Shown: positions 50,945 through 61,785 of the stretch, piece after piece
Numbering within the stretch: position 1 is the first letter of the stretch
How the letters are laid out: each line of letters starts with the position of its first letter
NCBI GenBank assembly: GCA_027482225.1
Contig: JAIXWD010000005.1
Coordinates: 64,957 to 128,956 of the forward strand
Reading direction: 5' to 3'
From: Bacteroidota bacterium
GTDB lineage: Bacteria > Bacteroidota > Bacteroidia > UKL13-3
DNA: 64,000 bases
Translations under genes and position numbers: made by a program
The notes under the pieces: model-generated
The model's input: only the letters and a program-made list of their open reading frames with translations
What the model was told of the DNA's origin: nothing
Databases searched by the model: none

Positions 50945-52162
50945 TTACTCCAAATCGGTACTCAACTTATAACGACAGATGCGATTGTTCTTTTTATCTG
51001 CCACAAATATGGTTCTGCGATTATAACATACACCACTTGGATCATTAAAACTAAATGGACCAGTATTAGTTCCATCACTGGCAAATCCACCAAACGAAAC
51101 AATTATTTGTTTAGTGATTCCAGAGTTAGCAGGAGGATTAACTCCCTCGTAACCTTGTGGGGTGAAAACATATAGTGAATCCGTCTCGCTATCAACCACA
51201 AACATATACCCTAAATTATCAGGCGCTATGAAACAATCTTCTGGCTTTTTAAAACGATAACTTTCATATAAAAATCTATCCGCTTTGCTGTTATCAAACG
51301 ATAAATATTGTGGCGATTCTGCATATTGAGTTCCCAATTCAGGGTCGTCATACACATTAATCATCAAAGTACGATACTCCACATTTTGAGATTTGCCTGC
51401 TTGTGTAATCAGAAAACTTTTAGATGTGCTCATTCCTTGTAAGCGTTGCGGAGGTGCGCTATACCCTGCTATGCTACTAATACCTATTGCCGATTTCAAA
51501 CTTGAGTTATTAGGATTTAACCCAGTAGCAAAGCCTATGTTTTTACCTTCAGCATCGTAAACCAACACACCATTATCAGGCCTAACAAATGAGTTTACAT
51601 CATTACGCGGCCCAATGCGTGTTAAGTATACCGTATTATCATGTAAAGTGGTTATCCCTGTATACTGAACAGCTTCGTCATCAGCTTGTCTATTTGCTGT
51701 TGCCCTTCGGGATTCATCATTTAAAGGATGAATAAGCGTATCAATAAACTGATAATTACCTGTTGCCGTATTTATTAAATGATAAACGGCTGCTCTATTA
51801 CCTAACAAAGGATCATTTACACGACCCAAGACATATGTATGTAAACGCCTATCTTGGGTTACATCAGTTGCTCCAGGAATATTTATGATAAGTGCCAACT
51901 TACCTGTTTGATCCAAGATGTTTAGTCCTCTATCATCTACCACATATATCATTTCATCAAATCCAACATACACATCTACAGGATTCAAGAAATTATTAAA
52001 AAATGGATACTGTGGTACGTATCCAATTTTATTTGGTATCAAATCAGGATCTATTTTCCCTTGCTCAAAAATTTGCTTGGTTTGATCATCTTCCTTGGTG
52101 CCACAAGCGGCAAAAAATAACAACAGCATCAAACCTACGGCAACATTAAAAATCTTTTTCAT
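50945..52162 (-). CDS. Lipoprotein with NHL/beta-propeller-like repeats
   Basis: Lipobox FAAC. F.NP.DV, F.KPED and FNDPSGV..IFVADK.NNRI repeats. Confidence 0.7.
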   Translation of the reverse strand: MKKIFNVAVGLMLLLFFAACGTKEDDQTKQIFEQGKIDPDLIPNKIGYVPQYPFFNNFLNPVDVYVGFDEMIYVVDDRGLNILDQTGKLALIINIPGATDVTQDRRLHTYVLGRVNDPLLGNRAAVYHLINTATGNYQFIDTLIHPLNDESRRATANRQADDEAVQYTGITTLHDNTVYLTRIGPRNDVNSFVRPDNGVLVYDAEGKNIGFATGLNPNNSSLKSAIGISSIAGYSAPPQRLQGMSTSKSFLITQAGKSQNVEYRTLMINVYDDPELGTQYAESPQYLSFDNSKADRFLYESYRFKKPEDCFIAPDNLGYMFVVDSETDSLYVFTPQGYEGVNPPANSGITKQIIVSFGGFASDGTNTGPFSFNDPSGVCYNRRTIFVADKKNNRICRYKLSTDLE

Positions 52163-52176
52163 ACAAAAAGTGCTCA

Positions 52177-53181
52177 CTATTTAATATTTAGTGCAATGGT
52201 TAAACGGTGTATATTTCCTAATCTCGATTTAGCTAAAAAACCATAATCTATAGTTAAACCACCAAAATTTCTGCGTAATTTCATTCCAATACCAGCTGAA
52301 GGTGCACGGTATGCTTCATCACTTGCAAACTCATAACCGCAGCGGCTATAAAACATGCGCTTAAAAGTATATTCTGCACCTAATGCATAGGTTTCATTAT
52401 TATCTGTTGGATGGTTTAACTGCGCTGCAAGGGTTAGGTTGTGCTTATATCCTCTAATTGGATCAAATGCTGCACCTATTCTAAACATACCAGGAACGGT
52501 AACTGTGGTGAAGTTAGTAATATCCGTGGGGCCATTAAACTTTAAAATTTGCGCCTTACCATCAGGTTTTACATTAAACCCAAAATTACTAAAGTTAATA
52601 CCGAAACGTGCATTTTTAATTCCCACATCATACTTCAATCCTAAATCAAACAAAACATTGTGAATGCTAATACCTGGAAAACCCTCGTTTGCATAACGCC
52701 CGTTAATTCCAAAACTGAAATTATTGGTTAATACTTTTGCGTAAGTAAGGCCTATATAATAATTGTTAATTGCAAATGTACGACCTGTTCCGTTTGGGTC
52801 AAACTCTGTGGTTTCTTGCATGGTGCCGTAATTCATGTTAAACACCTGAAAACCTAAATAAGAATGCTTACCAACGCGGCCTATAACACCAACATGATTG
52901 GCAGAAATATCTCCAAAATAACTTGTATGTGAGGTTTGAACATTAATCAAACCTGTATCAGTTTGTGTTATACCAGCTGGGTTCCAATACATGGCCGATA
53001 CATCGTTTGCTATTGCAACATAGGCACCACCCATAGACATAGAACGAGCATCGGGTGCAATTTTTAAAAATTGCATTCCCGTACTACCACTTCGCGAATC
53101 GCCAAAGGAAGGGAGTATTTGTGCATGAGCTTTTCCTACAATAAGTAAAGCCGCTATATAAAAGTACTTTTTAATATGCAT
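52177..53181 (-). CDS. PorV/PorQ-family (FadL-like) outer-membrane barrel
   Basis: FLKIAPDARSMSMGGAYVAIAND..AMYWNPAG. Likely start MHIKK at 53181. Confidence 0.82.
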   Translation of the reverse strand: MHIKKYFYIAALLIVGKAHAQILPSFGDSRSGSTGMQFLKIAPDARSMSMGGAYVAIANDVSAMYWNPAGITQTDTGLINVQTSHTSYFGDISANHVGVIGRVGKHSYLGFQVFNMNYGTMQETTEFDPNGTGRTFAINNYYIGLTYAKVLTNNFSFGINGRYANEGFPGISIHNVLFDLGLKYDVGIKNARFGINFSNFGFNVKPDGKAQILKFNGPTDITNFTTVTVPGMFRIGAAFDPIRGYKHNLTLAAQLNHPTDNNETYALGAEYTFKRMFYSRCGYEFASDEAYRAPSAGIGMKLRRNFGGLTIDYGFLAKSRLGNIHRLTIALNIK

Positions 53182-53285
53182 TGAATCAGGCAAATTAAAT
53201 AGATTTTTTGCGAATTGCATTGTTAAATAATGATTATTTGGAAATGCCTATTAAATGGTAGAAGTTGCGTTGTAATTTACTGCAA

Positions 53286-54911
53286 ATGAAATTAAATAAC
53301 ATCCATATAAAACTAGCTGGTTTATCTATACTTACAGGTTGCTTACTCACCTTATCATGGCCACCAATTGGCTTATTTCCATTAGTTTTTGTGGGCTTTG
53401 TTCCTTTGTTTTTTATTCATCATTTTATTATACAAAATAAAGTAAGCGCTGCTTGGGCATTTTTATATGGATTTAGTACCTTTCTATTATTTAATATTGG
53501 TACAACATGGTGGGTTTGGAATGCAAGTGCAGGTGGTGCAGTAATGGCTTTTATATTAAATAGTTTGTTAATGAATGTGCCATTTATGTTCCTACATCAA
53601 TTGGCTAAAAAACACCAAACAAGTTTAAAATTATGGCCCTTTATTTGGGCTTGGCTTGCATTTGAATATTTCCATTTAAGATGGGATGCTACATGGCCAT
53701 GGCTAACTTTAGGGAACGCATTTGCCCAAACCCCATGGCTAGTTCAGTGGTATGAATATACAGGAACCGTAGGTGGTTCGCTTTGGATTTTATGGGTCAA
53801 TAAAAAACTATTTCAATGGCTTGTTCTTTACAAACCGTTAAGTAAACAACAACGTTTTAAAAGCGCATTTAACATTGCATTTTTAGGATTGTTTGCACCA
53901 GCATTTTTATCGTTTTATATATTGGATGAATACCAAAAGAAACAAAAATCTTATTCAGCAATTAAAGCTAACATTATGGTGGTTCAGCCAAATATAGATC
54001 CCTATAAAGAGAAATTTAACTCCATGAGCGATTATGAGCAAACTTTAAAGATGCTAACCATTGCCGACAAAAACATGGATTCTACTGTGCAGTTAATTGC
54101 ATTTCCAGAAACAGCATTGGTTGGTAATTTAAATGAGCGCGATTTAGCCAATGAAGAAACCATAAAGCTGATTAGGCAATTTATGAGTAAATATCCAACC
54201 GTAAATATTATTACAGGAGCTGATAGTTACAAAGAGTATTTACAAGGCGAAAAGCCAAGTAATACAGCTCGCGAATATAATCTAGGACAATATTATGATG
54301 CATACAATGCAGCCTATTTTTTACAACCTAACACACCCGAAATTGATATTTACCATAAAAGTAAATTAGTACCTGGCGTAGAGCGTTTACCTTTTTCATC
54401 TGTATTAAAATATGTTGAACAATATGCTATTGATTTAGGTGGCACAACAGGAAGCTTGGGGGTTGATGAAGCACCACATAATTTTACAGCCAACACCATG
54501 CTAAAAGCTGCTCCAATCATTTGCTATGAAAGTGTTTTTGGCGAATACGTAACAGAATATGTAAAACGAGGAGCTACTTTTTTATGCATTATAACCAATG
54601 ATGGATGGTGGGGTAACACTCCTGGCTACAAACAACATTTACAATATGCATCTCTTCGTGCAATTGAAACTAGAAGGTATGTTGTACGGAGTGCAAACAC
54701 TGGTATATCAGCATTTTTTGATGACAAGGGGTACCTCTTACAAAAAACAAATTGGTGGGAGCCTAATGCTTTAAAGCAAAATATCAATTTGAATACAGAT
54801 CAAACATTTTACGTTAAAAATGGAGATATGATTGGCGAATATGCCATCCTATTTACAGCTTACTTTTTACTTGGCTTGATAATTAAAAAGAAATCGACTT
54901 TTATGCCTTAA
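53286..54911 (+). CDS. lnt: Apolipoprotein N-acyltransferase
   Basis: Nitrilase triad FPETA / YHKSKLVP / IICYES, plus VQPNID, TNDGWW and RSANTGIS. Confidence 0.93.
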   Translation: MKLNNIHIKLAGLSILTGCLLTLSWPPIGLFPLVFVGFVPLFFIHHFIIQNKVSAAWAFLYGFSTFLLFNIGTTWWVWNASAGGAVMAFILNSLLMNVPFMFLHQLAKKHQTSLKLWPFIWAWLAFEYFHLRWDATWPWLTLGNAFAQTPWLVQWYEYTGTVGGSLWILWVNKKLFQWLVLYKPLSKQQRFKSAFNIAFLGLFAPAFLSFYILDEYQKKQKSYSAIKANIMVVQPNIDPYKEKFNSMSDYEQTLKMLTIADKNMDSTVQLIAFPETALVGNLNERDLANEETIKLIRQFMSKYPTVNIITGADSYKEYLQGEKPSNTAREYNLGQYYDAYNAAYFLQPNTPEIDIYHKSKLVPGVERLPFSSVLKYVEQYAIDLGGTTGSLGVDEAPHNFTANTMLKAAPIICYESVFGEYVTEYVKRGATFLCIITNDGWWGNTPGYKQHLQYASLRAIETRRYVVRSANTGISAFFDDKGYLLQKTNWWEPNALKQNINLNTDQTFYVKNGDMIGEYAILFTAYFLLGLIIKKKSTFMP

Positions 54912-55695
54912 ATCCTTTATTAATTATGGCATAAAAAGAGTCATAGATTTGAGTTGATGAAGCGATGATTTCTTTACCAAAAATGATATCATCGGTACCA
55001 CTAAATGTTGATATTTTACCTCCTGCTTCTTTTACTAAAACTATTCCTCCTGCCACATCCCATGGGCTTAATCCATATTCAAAAAAACCATCAAATCTTC
55101 CACAAGCCACATAAGCTAAATCAACGGCTGCACTTCCCATTCTGCGCATACCTTGAGTTGTGCGCAAAAACTCTTGTAAGGTATTGAGGTATCGCTGCAT
55201 TAATTCAAAATCATAATATGGAAATCCTGTAGCCATTAATGCTTTTGATAGTTCATTGTTTTGTTTAACACAAATTTTGTTCCCATTAAGGTATGCACCA
55301 CCGTTTTCCCAAGCATAAAATATTTCATCTCTATTAAGCTCAAGCACCACTCCAATGATAGGAACTCCATGATGTAATAACGCAATACTTATACTATAAA
55401 TAGGTAATTGGTGCACAAAGTTTGTAGTTCCATCTAATGGGTCGATTACCCACATGTATTCTTTTTGTGCTGTGGTGATGGTTTGTTCTTCTGTAATAAA
55501 ACCCGCCTCTGGTAAAATGAGTTGTAAACCCGCTACTATTTTTTCTTCTGCAGTTTTATCAACGTATGAAACCAGTTGATTAAACGACTTTATTTCGACT
55601 GCATGATGGCTAAAAGTTTTTGCCTCTGATTGAATAAATTCACCTACAGTTTTGGCTAAGGCGCATACCTTTAAGGTTATATCTTGCAATTTCAT
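54901..55695 (-). CDS. suhB: Inositol monophosphatase family protein (SuhB-like)
   Basis: WVIDPLDGTTNF, RRMGSAA.DL and WDVAGG motifs. Confidence 0.88.
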   Translation of the reverse strand: MKLQDITLKVCALAKTVGEFIQSEAKTFSHHAVEIKSFNQLVSYVDKTAEEKIVAGLQLILPEAGFITEEQTITTAQKEYMWVIDPLDGTTNFVHQLPIYSISIALLHHGVPIIGVVLELNRDEIFYAWENGGAYLNGNKICVKQNNELSKALMATGFPYYDFELMQRYLNTLQEFLRTTQGMRRMGSAAVDLAYVACGRFDGFFEYGLSPWDVAGGIVLVKEAGGKISTFSGTDDIIFGKEIIASSTQIYDSFYAIINKGFKA

Positions 55696-55758
55696 AAACT
55701 ATTAAGCCCTCTTAGTGTTATTAAATTAATGAATATAGCGGTTATATTAAAACGTATA

Positions 55759-56859
55759 CTATTCATCTTCTTGTTTAGTTAAAACGTGCTTGTTATAGTT
55801 TCTCCATTTATCTAAAACAGCAGCAAAATCAGGTGGTAAATCTGCTTCAAAATACATATTTTGACCTGTACGCGGGTGTACAAACCCAAGCGAACGTGCA
55901 TGCAAACCTTGACGAGGCATTAACTGAAAACAATTTTCTACAAACTGCTTATATTTAGTAAACGAGAGACCTTTTAAAATTCTATCTCCACCATAAGTAT
56001 CATCACTAAATAAGTTATGTCCTATATGCTTCATGTGAACACGAATTTGGTGCGTACGACCTGTCTCTAATCTACATTCAATTAAAGATACATATTGCAA
56101 ACGCTCTAAAACAGAGTAATGCGTTATGCTCCAACGTCCTTTTTCTTCATCATCATACATCATAAAAACGCGCCTATCTTTTGCGCTTCTTCCAATATAT
56201 CCTGTTACTGTTCCATTGTCTTCGTTAAAATTACCCCAAGCTAAAGCAACATATCTGCGCTGAATACTGTGGTGAAAAAATTGTTTAGCCAAATGGGTCA
56301 TGGCGATATCGTTTTTAGCAATAACCAATAAACCACTTGTGTTTTTATCAATGCGATGAACAAGTCCGGGGCGTATATTATTTTCTTTAGTGAAATTATT
56401 ATCTCTTAAATAATAAGCCAATGCATTTACCAAAGTTCCACTAACATTATTATGACCTGGATGTACTACCATTCCTGCACGTTTATTTACAATCATCACA
56501 TCCTCGTCTTCATAAATAATATCTAGAGGTATGTTTTCAGGAACTATCTCGGTATCTTTTGGTGGCTGAGGTAAAACAATACTAATTACATCTAATGGTT
56601 TTACCTTATAGCTGCTTTTAATCGGCTTTTCGTTAACCAAAATACTCCCCGCATCAGCGGCAGCTTGTAACTTGGTGCGGCTGGCGTTTTGAAGGCGTAT
56701 CATCAAAAATTTATCAATACGCATCAAGGTCTGCCCCTTATCAACTACAATTCGGTGGTGCTCCCACAATTCCTGTTCATCACCACCATCGGTGTCGTCC
56801 AATTCTTCTTCAACCTGCTTTGGTAAGTCGGCTTCGTTTTTAAACTTATTATAATACAT
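55759..56859 (-). CDS. rluD: RluA/RluD-family 23S rRNA pseudouridine synthase
   Basis: S4-like RIDKFL, VHRIDKNTSGL and LETGRTHQIRVH motifs. Confidence 0.9.
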   Translation of the reverse strand: MYYNKFKNEADLPKQVEEELDDTDGGDEQELWEHHRIVVDKGQTLMRIDKFLMIRLQNASRTKLQAAADAGSILVNEKPIKSSYKVKPLDVISIVLPQPPKDTEIVPENIPLDIIYEDEDVMIVNKRAGMVVHPGHNNVSGTLVNALAYYLRDNNFTKENNIRPGLVHRIDKNTSGLLVIAKNDIAMTHLAKQFFHHSIQRRYVALAWGNFNEDNGTVTGYIGRSAKDRRVFMMYDDEEKGRWSITHYSVLERLQYVSLIECRLETGRTHQIRVHMKHIGHNLFSDDTYGGDRILKGLSFTKYKQFVENCFQLMPRQGLHARSLGFVHPRTGQNMYFEADLPPDFAAVLDKWRNYNKHVLTKQEDE

Positions 56860-57601
56860 GTTCTATTTTATACAATATAGGTTTACTTGGACTGGCATCA
56901 GTTTGTAGTGAAGCAATTTGCAAGTTCAACAAATAAATATCATCCTCAATGTGATTTGGTATAAAGGCCATTTCTGTAATGGTAGAGTCCAAACGAGTCG
57001 CTTCTGGATAATTCCAAAATGCATGATGTGCTTCAAGGGCACCCGAATCTTCCTCCCTATCAACAGATGGCAAATCAATTACCAAATGTTTAATACCACT
57101 TTCTCTAAGAAATGTACAGAGTTCTGGCTGCAGATATGCAGGGTTATTACCAGAGTAATGTGCAACTAATTTATCATTATCATTAGGGAGAGTTCTGATA
57201 ATTATGGCATCAATAAGCGGATGTAAAAATGGCTCAATATCTTTTAACATCAATACAAAATCACCATTCTTTGGCTGAGGCGTAACGGTGATTACTTGTG
57301 CTAAAAACATAAATTGTTTTAACACCTCGTTAATCGTAATTCGTTGCTTACTAATATGACCCACACACTCGGTATGTGTTCCATTTCCATGTGCATTTAT
57401 TATTAGGTTTTCGCAATTTACACTACCACCCAAAGCCACACTACCCACAAAACCACCCGCTTTAAATGGCTGGAATGTGGGATGTTGAATTCCAAACGCA
57501 TTTGGGTTTTGAGCTCCACTGTTCATAGAGATACTGATGTCTAATGGATTACCAAAGTTTACACTGAAATTCTGCTCTTTATACTCAATATTAGCGTGCA
57601 T
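56849..57601 (-). CDS. Cyclase-family metal hydrolase (kynurenine formamidase-like)
   Basis: HGNGTHTECVGH, IDLPSVD, H, ITE and DASPS.P motifs. Confidence 0.82.
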   Translation of the reverse strand: MHANIEYKEQNFSVNFGNPLDISISMNSGAQNPNAFGIQHPTFQPFKAGGFVGSVALGGSVNCENLIINAHGNGTHTECVGHISKQRITINEVLKQFMFLAQVITVTPQPKNGDFVLMLKDIEPFLHPLIDAIIIRTLPNDNDKLVAHYSGNNPAYLQPELCTFLRESGIKHLVIDLPSVDREEDSGALEAHHAFWNYPEATRLDSTITEMAFIPNHIEDDIYLLNLQIASLQTDASPSKPILYKIEHVL

Positions 57602-57613
57602 GTTTCGTTATGG

Positions 57614-57643
57614 TTTGAGATTGCAAATATCATCATATATTTG
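57614..57643 (+). promoter_or_regulatory. Putative promoter (TTTG-N18-TATATTTG) in a 52-bp divergent gap
   Basis: tttg at 57614-57617 and tatatttg at 57636-57643. ATG at 57654. Confidence 0.5.
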
Positions 57644-57653
57644 ATTTATATCT

Positions 57654-58829
57654 ATGGGTGTATACGAACAAAAGATAAGATGGAAAAGATTACTGTTTAT
57701 TATGGCTTTGTGCATTGGCGCATTTAGTCTTTGGTATACCAATAAATTAGTACAAAAATTAGCTACCGAAGAAGAAAAAAAAGTATTGTTGTGGGCTAAT
57801 GCTACCAAACAACTCATTAATTCCAACGAAAACACTGACATCAACTTTTTACTTGATATCATTAAAGATAACGAAACGATTCCGGTTATTTTGGTAGATG
57901 ATAATGGAAACATTACCGCACATAGAAACCTAGATAGCGCTAAAGCAGAGGACAAAAAATACCTAGAGCAACAATTAGCCGAAATGAAGGCGCAAAGGGA
58001 ACCCATTAAAATACTTTATGACGAACTGAATAAAAAATATAACTATTTATACTATAAAAACTCCATAATTTTAACTCAACTAAAACAATATCCCTATTAT
58101 CAACTGAGTATAATTGCACTATTTATTTTGGTTGCTTATTTAGCATTTAGTTATTCACGAAAATCAGAGCAAAACCAAGTTTGGGTTGGTATGAGTAAAG
58201 AAACTGCACATCAATTAGGCACACCCATTTCGTCACTAAATGGCTGGATTAATTTAATGCGTGATGCCAATGAAGTAGGAAAAGAAGAGATATTACAAGA
58301 GTTTGAAAAAGACGTAAAACGATTAGAGTTAATTACAGAAAGATTTAGTAAAATTGGATCAGCACCCGTACTTAAGCCGAAAAATATTTTTGATGTGATG
58401 CAACGTGCGGTTGATTATCTGAGAACACGCTCATCAAGCCAAGTAAAATTTAGTGTAACCAGCAGTGATGAAGATGCATTGGCATTAGTTAATGTGCCTT
58501 TGTTTGATTGGGTTGTTGAAAATATTTGTAAAAATGCCATTGATGCTATGAGCGGTAAAGGCAATATTAATATACAAATAAGTACCGAAGCCGATAAGGT
58601 GTATATTGACATAGAAGATACTGGAAAAGGCATTACTCCATCAAAACAAAAAACGGTTTTTAAGCCTGGTTATACCACAAAAAAGCGTGGCTGGGGTTTA
58701 GGTTTATCATTGGCTAAACGGATTATAGAAGACTACCATAAAGGCAAAGTATTTGTTAAAGAATCGACCCTTGAAAAAGGCACTACATTTAGAATTGTGC
58801 TGCGTGGTGGTGGTGGGTTGTTAAGTTAA
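57654..58829 (+). CDS. Membrane sensor histidine kinase (no adjacent response regulator)
   Basis: Two TM segments, H-box ETAHQLGTP, N-box ENICKNAIDA, DTGKG and GWGLGL. Confidence 0.92.
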   Translation: MGVYEQKIRWKRLLFIMALCIGAFSLWYTNKLVQKLATEEEKKVLLWANATKQLINSNENTDINFLLDIIKDNETIPVILVDDNGNITAHRNLDSAKAEDKKYLEQQLAEMKAQREPIKILYDELNKKYNYLYYKNSIILTQLKQYPYYQLSIIALFILVAYLAFSYSRKSEQNQVWVGMSKETAHQLGTPISSLNGWINLMRDANEVGKEEILQEFEKDVKRLELITERFSKIGSAPVLKPKNIFDVMQRAVDYLRTRSSSQVKFSVTSSDEDALALVNVPLFDWVVENICKNAIDAMSGKGNINIQISTEADKVYIDIEDTGKGITPSKQKTVFKPGYTTKKRGWGLGLSLAKRIIEDYHKGKVFVKESTLEKGTTFRIVLRGGGGLLS

Positions 58830-59294
58830 ATCGTTCAAATCCTTTTGGTAGTCGTATTGTAAATCTTCATGTAATTTACTTAACTCCTTGTTTATTTTTT
58901 TTAGTTGAGCATCGTACAAATTCATCAATTGATTGCTTTCGTAAAGCAAGTTTTCGAGTTTACGCAAGTGCTGCAAAAAGTAAATTAATAATTCAATATT
59001 AGTTTGCGCAACACCACTGTATTTGGCATGCTTATTTACCCCACGTAATATTTTACGAATTGTTTTTTTAGCGTAGTACACATGCGATGTATTTAAATCC
59101 TTAAACTGCTCATCAATTTCTTGTTTTACTTGATTAATAAATTGTTGCTCATTAGCAGCCTCAAATAATAAATAATGTAACAGTTCTTTATTCTCCTTTT
59201 TATATTTGGCCAAACGCACACAAAGCTCTACCAACTGCGGATATGGCAAGGTTTGCATTTCTTTTTTTAACTGAGCTAATGTAGTTGTTTGCAT
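58821..59294 (-). CDS. Hypothetical helical protein
   Basis: 157-aa ORF with plausible composition (LAKYKKENKELLHYLLF, LHEDLQYDY). No function recognised. Confidence 0.7.
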   Translation of the reverse strand: MQTTTLAQLKKEMQTLPYPQLVELCVRLAKYKKENKELLHYLLFEAANEQQFINQVKQEIDEQFKDLNTSHVYYAKKTIRKILRGVNKHAKYSGVAQTNIELLIYFLQHLRKLENLLYESNQLMNLYDAQLKKINKELSKLHEDLQYDYQKDLNDLT

Positions 59295-59308
59295 AATATG
59301 TTTAAAGT

Positions 59309-59341
59309 AAAAAGCCTCCTGCTTTTCAACAGAAGGCTTTT
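59309..59341 (-). terminator. Intrinsic terminator after the E1 gene
   Basis: Minus strand reads aaaagccttctg-ttgaaaag-caggaggcttttt. Confidence 0.75.
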
Positions 59342-59357
59342 ATAAAAATACAATGAA

Positions 59358-61763
59358 TTAAATAAATTTAGGATACTGAGTTGGGTTGTACTCATGCATC
59401 ATATCCATAATGGCTTCGAAAATATCTTCGGCACTAGGCTTGCTAAAATAATCACCATCGGTGCCATAAGCAGGACGGTGAGCTTTAGCTGCAATAGTTA
59501 ATGGTTTAGCATCAAGGTATTTATAAGCCTCTTGATCTTCCAATACTTGTTGCATCATGTAAGCCGATGCCCCACCCGGTACATCTTCATCAATAAATAC
59601 CACTTTATTTGTTTTCTTAATTGATTCAACAATGTTGTGGTTGATATCAAATGGCAATAAAGTTTGTACATCAATTAACTCGCAATTGATACCAAACTCT
59701 TGCAATTGTTTAATAGCCTCTTCAATAACTCTTAATGTACTTCCGTAACTTACAATTGTAACATCACTACCGTCAATTAAAGTTTCTGTAACACCAAGTG
59801 GAATATTGTATTCGCCTAAGTTATCAGGCAACCGTTCTTTTAAACGATATCCATTTAAACACTCAATAATTAGTGCAGGCTCATCGCTTTGCAACATGGT
59901 ATTGTAAAAACCTGCTGCTTGCACCATATTACGAGGCACCAATACATGCATACCACGAAGCGAATTAAGTATCATACCAATAGGTGAACCACTGTGCCAG
60001 ATACCCTCTAAACGATGTCCGCGGGTACGAACAATTAAAGGTGCTTTTTGTCCGCCTTTGGTTCGGTACTGAAGCGTTGCTAAATCATCGCTTAATGGTT
60101 GCAAGCCATACAGTAAGTAATCTAAGTATTGAATTTCGGCAATTGGACGTAAACCACGTAATGCAGCTCCTATGCCTTGTCCAATAATAGTTAACTCACG
60201 AATACCTGTATCAAACACACGACTCTCACCGTGTTTTTCTTGTAATCCAGCAAAACCTTGGTTTACATCACCAATTTTGCCTACGTCTTCACCAAAAGCA
60301 AATACACGTGGATCGCGCGTTAAAGCTAAATCAAAAAACGCTTGCATGACTTCACGTCCATCCACTACTTTGCTATCATCACTAAAAATTGGTTTTACTT
60401 CATTTACCTTTAAAGCAGATTCAGCGCTTTCGCTAAATAGGTAACTATTATATCTTTCCGCGTTTATTTCTTTAAAATTAGCTTTAAATAGTATCAGCGC
60501 ATTGCGCTCACTTGAATTGGTTGCATATGTTAGGCGCAATGCTTTATTTATAGCCACACCAATGTCTTTACGTACAGGCTCGCTGATGCTTAACAACTCG
60601 TTAGCAATTTTTGTAATTTCGTTTTTACCCGATACGTTTGCCAATTGTTCTAACAAGGCAACACCTTGTTTTACCTCATTTTTTATTGGAGATAGATAGG
60701 CCTCCCATGCAGCTTTTTTTGCATTATTTACATGCACTTTTGCCTCAGCTTCTAATGCCTCAATCTCATCAATTGATGCTATACTGTTGTCTATAATAAA
60801 CTCACGAAATTTCTCTACGCAATCATACTGTTGTTCCCAATCTAAACGCTCTTTACTTTTGTAGCGCTCATGCGAACCTGAGGTTGAGTGGCCCTGAGGC
60901 TGAGTTAATTCTGTTACATGCACCAATACTGGCACGTGTTCTTCACGGGCAATTTTACTTGCTTTATCGTATGCAGCTACTAACTCGGCATAATTCCAAC
61001 CTTTGGCCACAATAATTTCAAAGCCGTTACCTTTTTCATCGCGTTGAAACCCCTTTAGAATCTCAGAAATATTCTCTTTGGTAGTTTGATATTTTGCAGG
61101 AACTGAAATTCCATAACCATCATCCCAAACAGAAATTACCATTGGTATTTGTAACACACCTGCTGCATTTATTGCTTCAAAAAAGTGCCCCTCGCTAGAA
61201 GAGGCATTACCAATTGTACCCCATGCAACCTCATTACCGTTATCGCTAAAAAGGTTATCGCCAATAATTTTTGTATTTTGACGGTAATATTTACTGGCAT
61301 GAGCTAAGCCAACTAAACGCAACATTTGTCCTGCTGTTGGTGATATATCACTAGATGAGTTTTTTTGGTTTTTTAATGCCTTCCATGTTCCGTCATCATT
61401 TAAACTGCGGGTGCCAAAGTGTCCATTCATCATACGTCCTGCACTAGCTGGTTCAGCTTCTACATCAGTGTGGGCATATAGTTGTGCGAAAAACTCTTGT
61501 ACAGTATGTTGACCTATTGCCATCATAAAAGTTTGGTCGCGGTAATATCCGCTTCGAAAATCGCCATCTTGAAATGCTTTAGCCATAGCAAGTTGAGGCA
61601 ATTCCTTGCCATCACCAAAAATACCAAACTTAGCTTTTCCAGTAAGCACCTCCTTACGACCCAATAAACTGGATTGGCGACTGCGATATGCTATTACATA
61701 ATCATTTATAACTGAAGCTTTAAACTCTTCTGCATTAAATTTTGCTTGGTTAGATTTTCCCAT
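59358..61763 (-). CDS. 2-oxoacid (probably branched-chain) dehydrogenase E1, fused alpha and beta subunits
   Basis: FGIFGDGKE, GYYRD, GHSTS, FGEDVG, DTGIRE, EIQYLDY and WHSGS motifs. Confidence 0.9.
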   Translation of the reverse strand: MGKSNQAKFNAEEFKASVINDYVIAYRSRQSSLLGRKEVLTGKAKFGIFGDGKELPQLAMAKAFQDGDFRSGYYRDQTFMMAIGQHTVQEFFAQLYAHTDVEAEPASAGRMMNGHFGTRSLNDDGTWKALKNQKNSSSDISPTAGQMLRLVGLAHASKYYRQNTKIIGDNLFSDNGNEVAWGTIGNASSSEGHFFEAINAAGVLQIPMVISVWDDGYGISVPAKYQTTKENISEILKGFQRDEKGNGFEIIVAKGWNYAELVAAYDKASKIAREEHVPVLVHVTELTQPQGHSTSGSHERYKSKERLDWEQQYDCVEKFREFIIDNSIASIDEIEALEAEAKVHVNNAKKAAWEAYLSPIKNEVKQGVALLEQLANVSGKNEITKIANELLSISEPVRKDIGVAINKALRLTYATNSSERNALILFKANFKEINAERYNSYLFSESAESALKVNEVKPIFSDDSKVVDGREVMQAFFDLALTRDPRVFAFGEDVGKIGDVNQGFAGLQEKHGESRVFDTGIRELTIIGQGIGAALRGLRPIAEIQYLDYLLYGLQPLSDDLATLQYRTKGGQKAPLIVRTRGHRLEGIWHSGSPIGMILNSLRGMHVLVPRNMVQAAGFYNTMLQSDEPALIIECLNGYRLKERLPDNLGEYNIPLGVTETLIDGSDVTIVSYGSTLRVIEEAIKQLQEFGINCELIDVQTLLPFDINHNIVESIKKTNKVVFIDEDVPGGASAYMMQQVLEDQEAYKYLDAKPLTIAAKAHRPAYGTDGDYFSKPSAEDIFEAIMDMMHEYNPTQYPKFI

Positions 61764-61785
61764 ACGGTTACATGTAATAAGTGGC

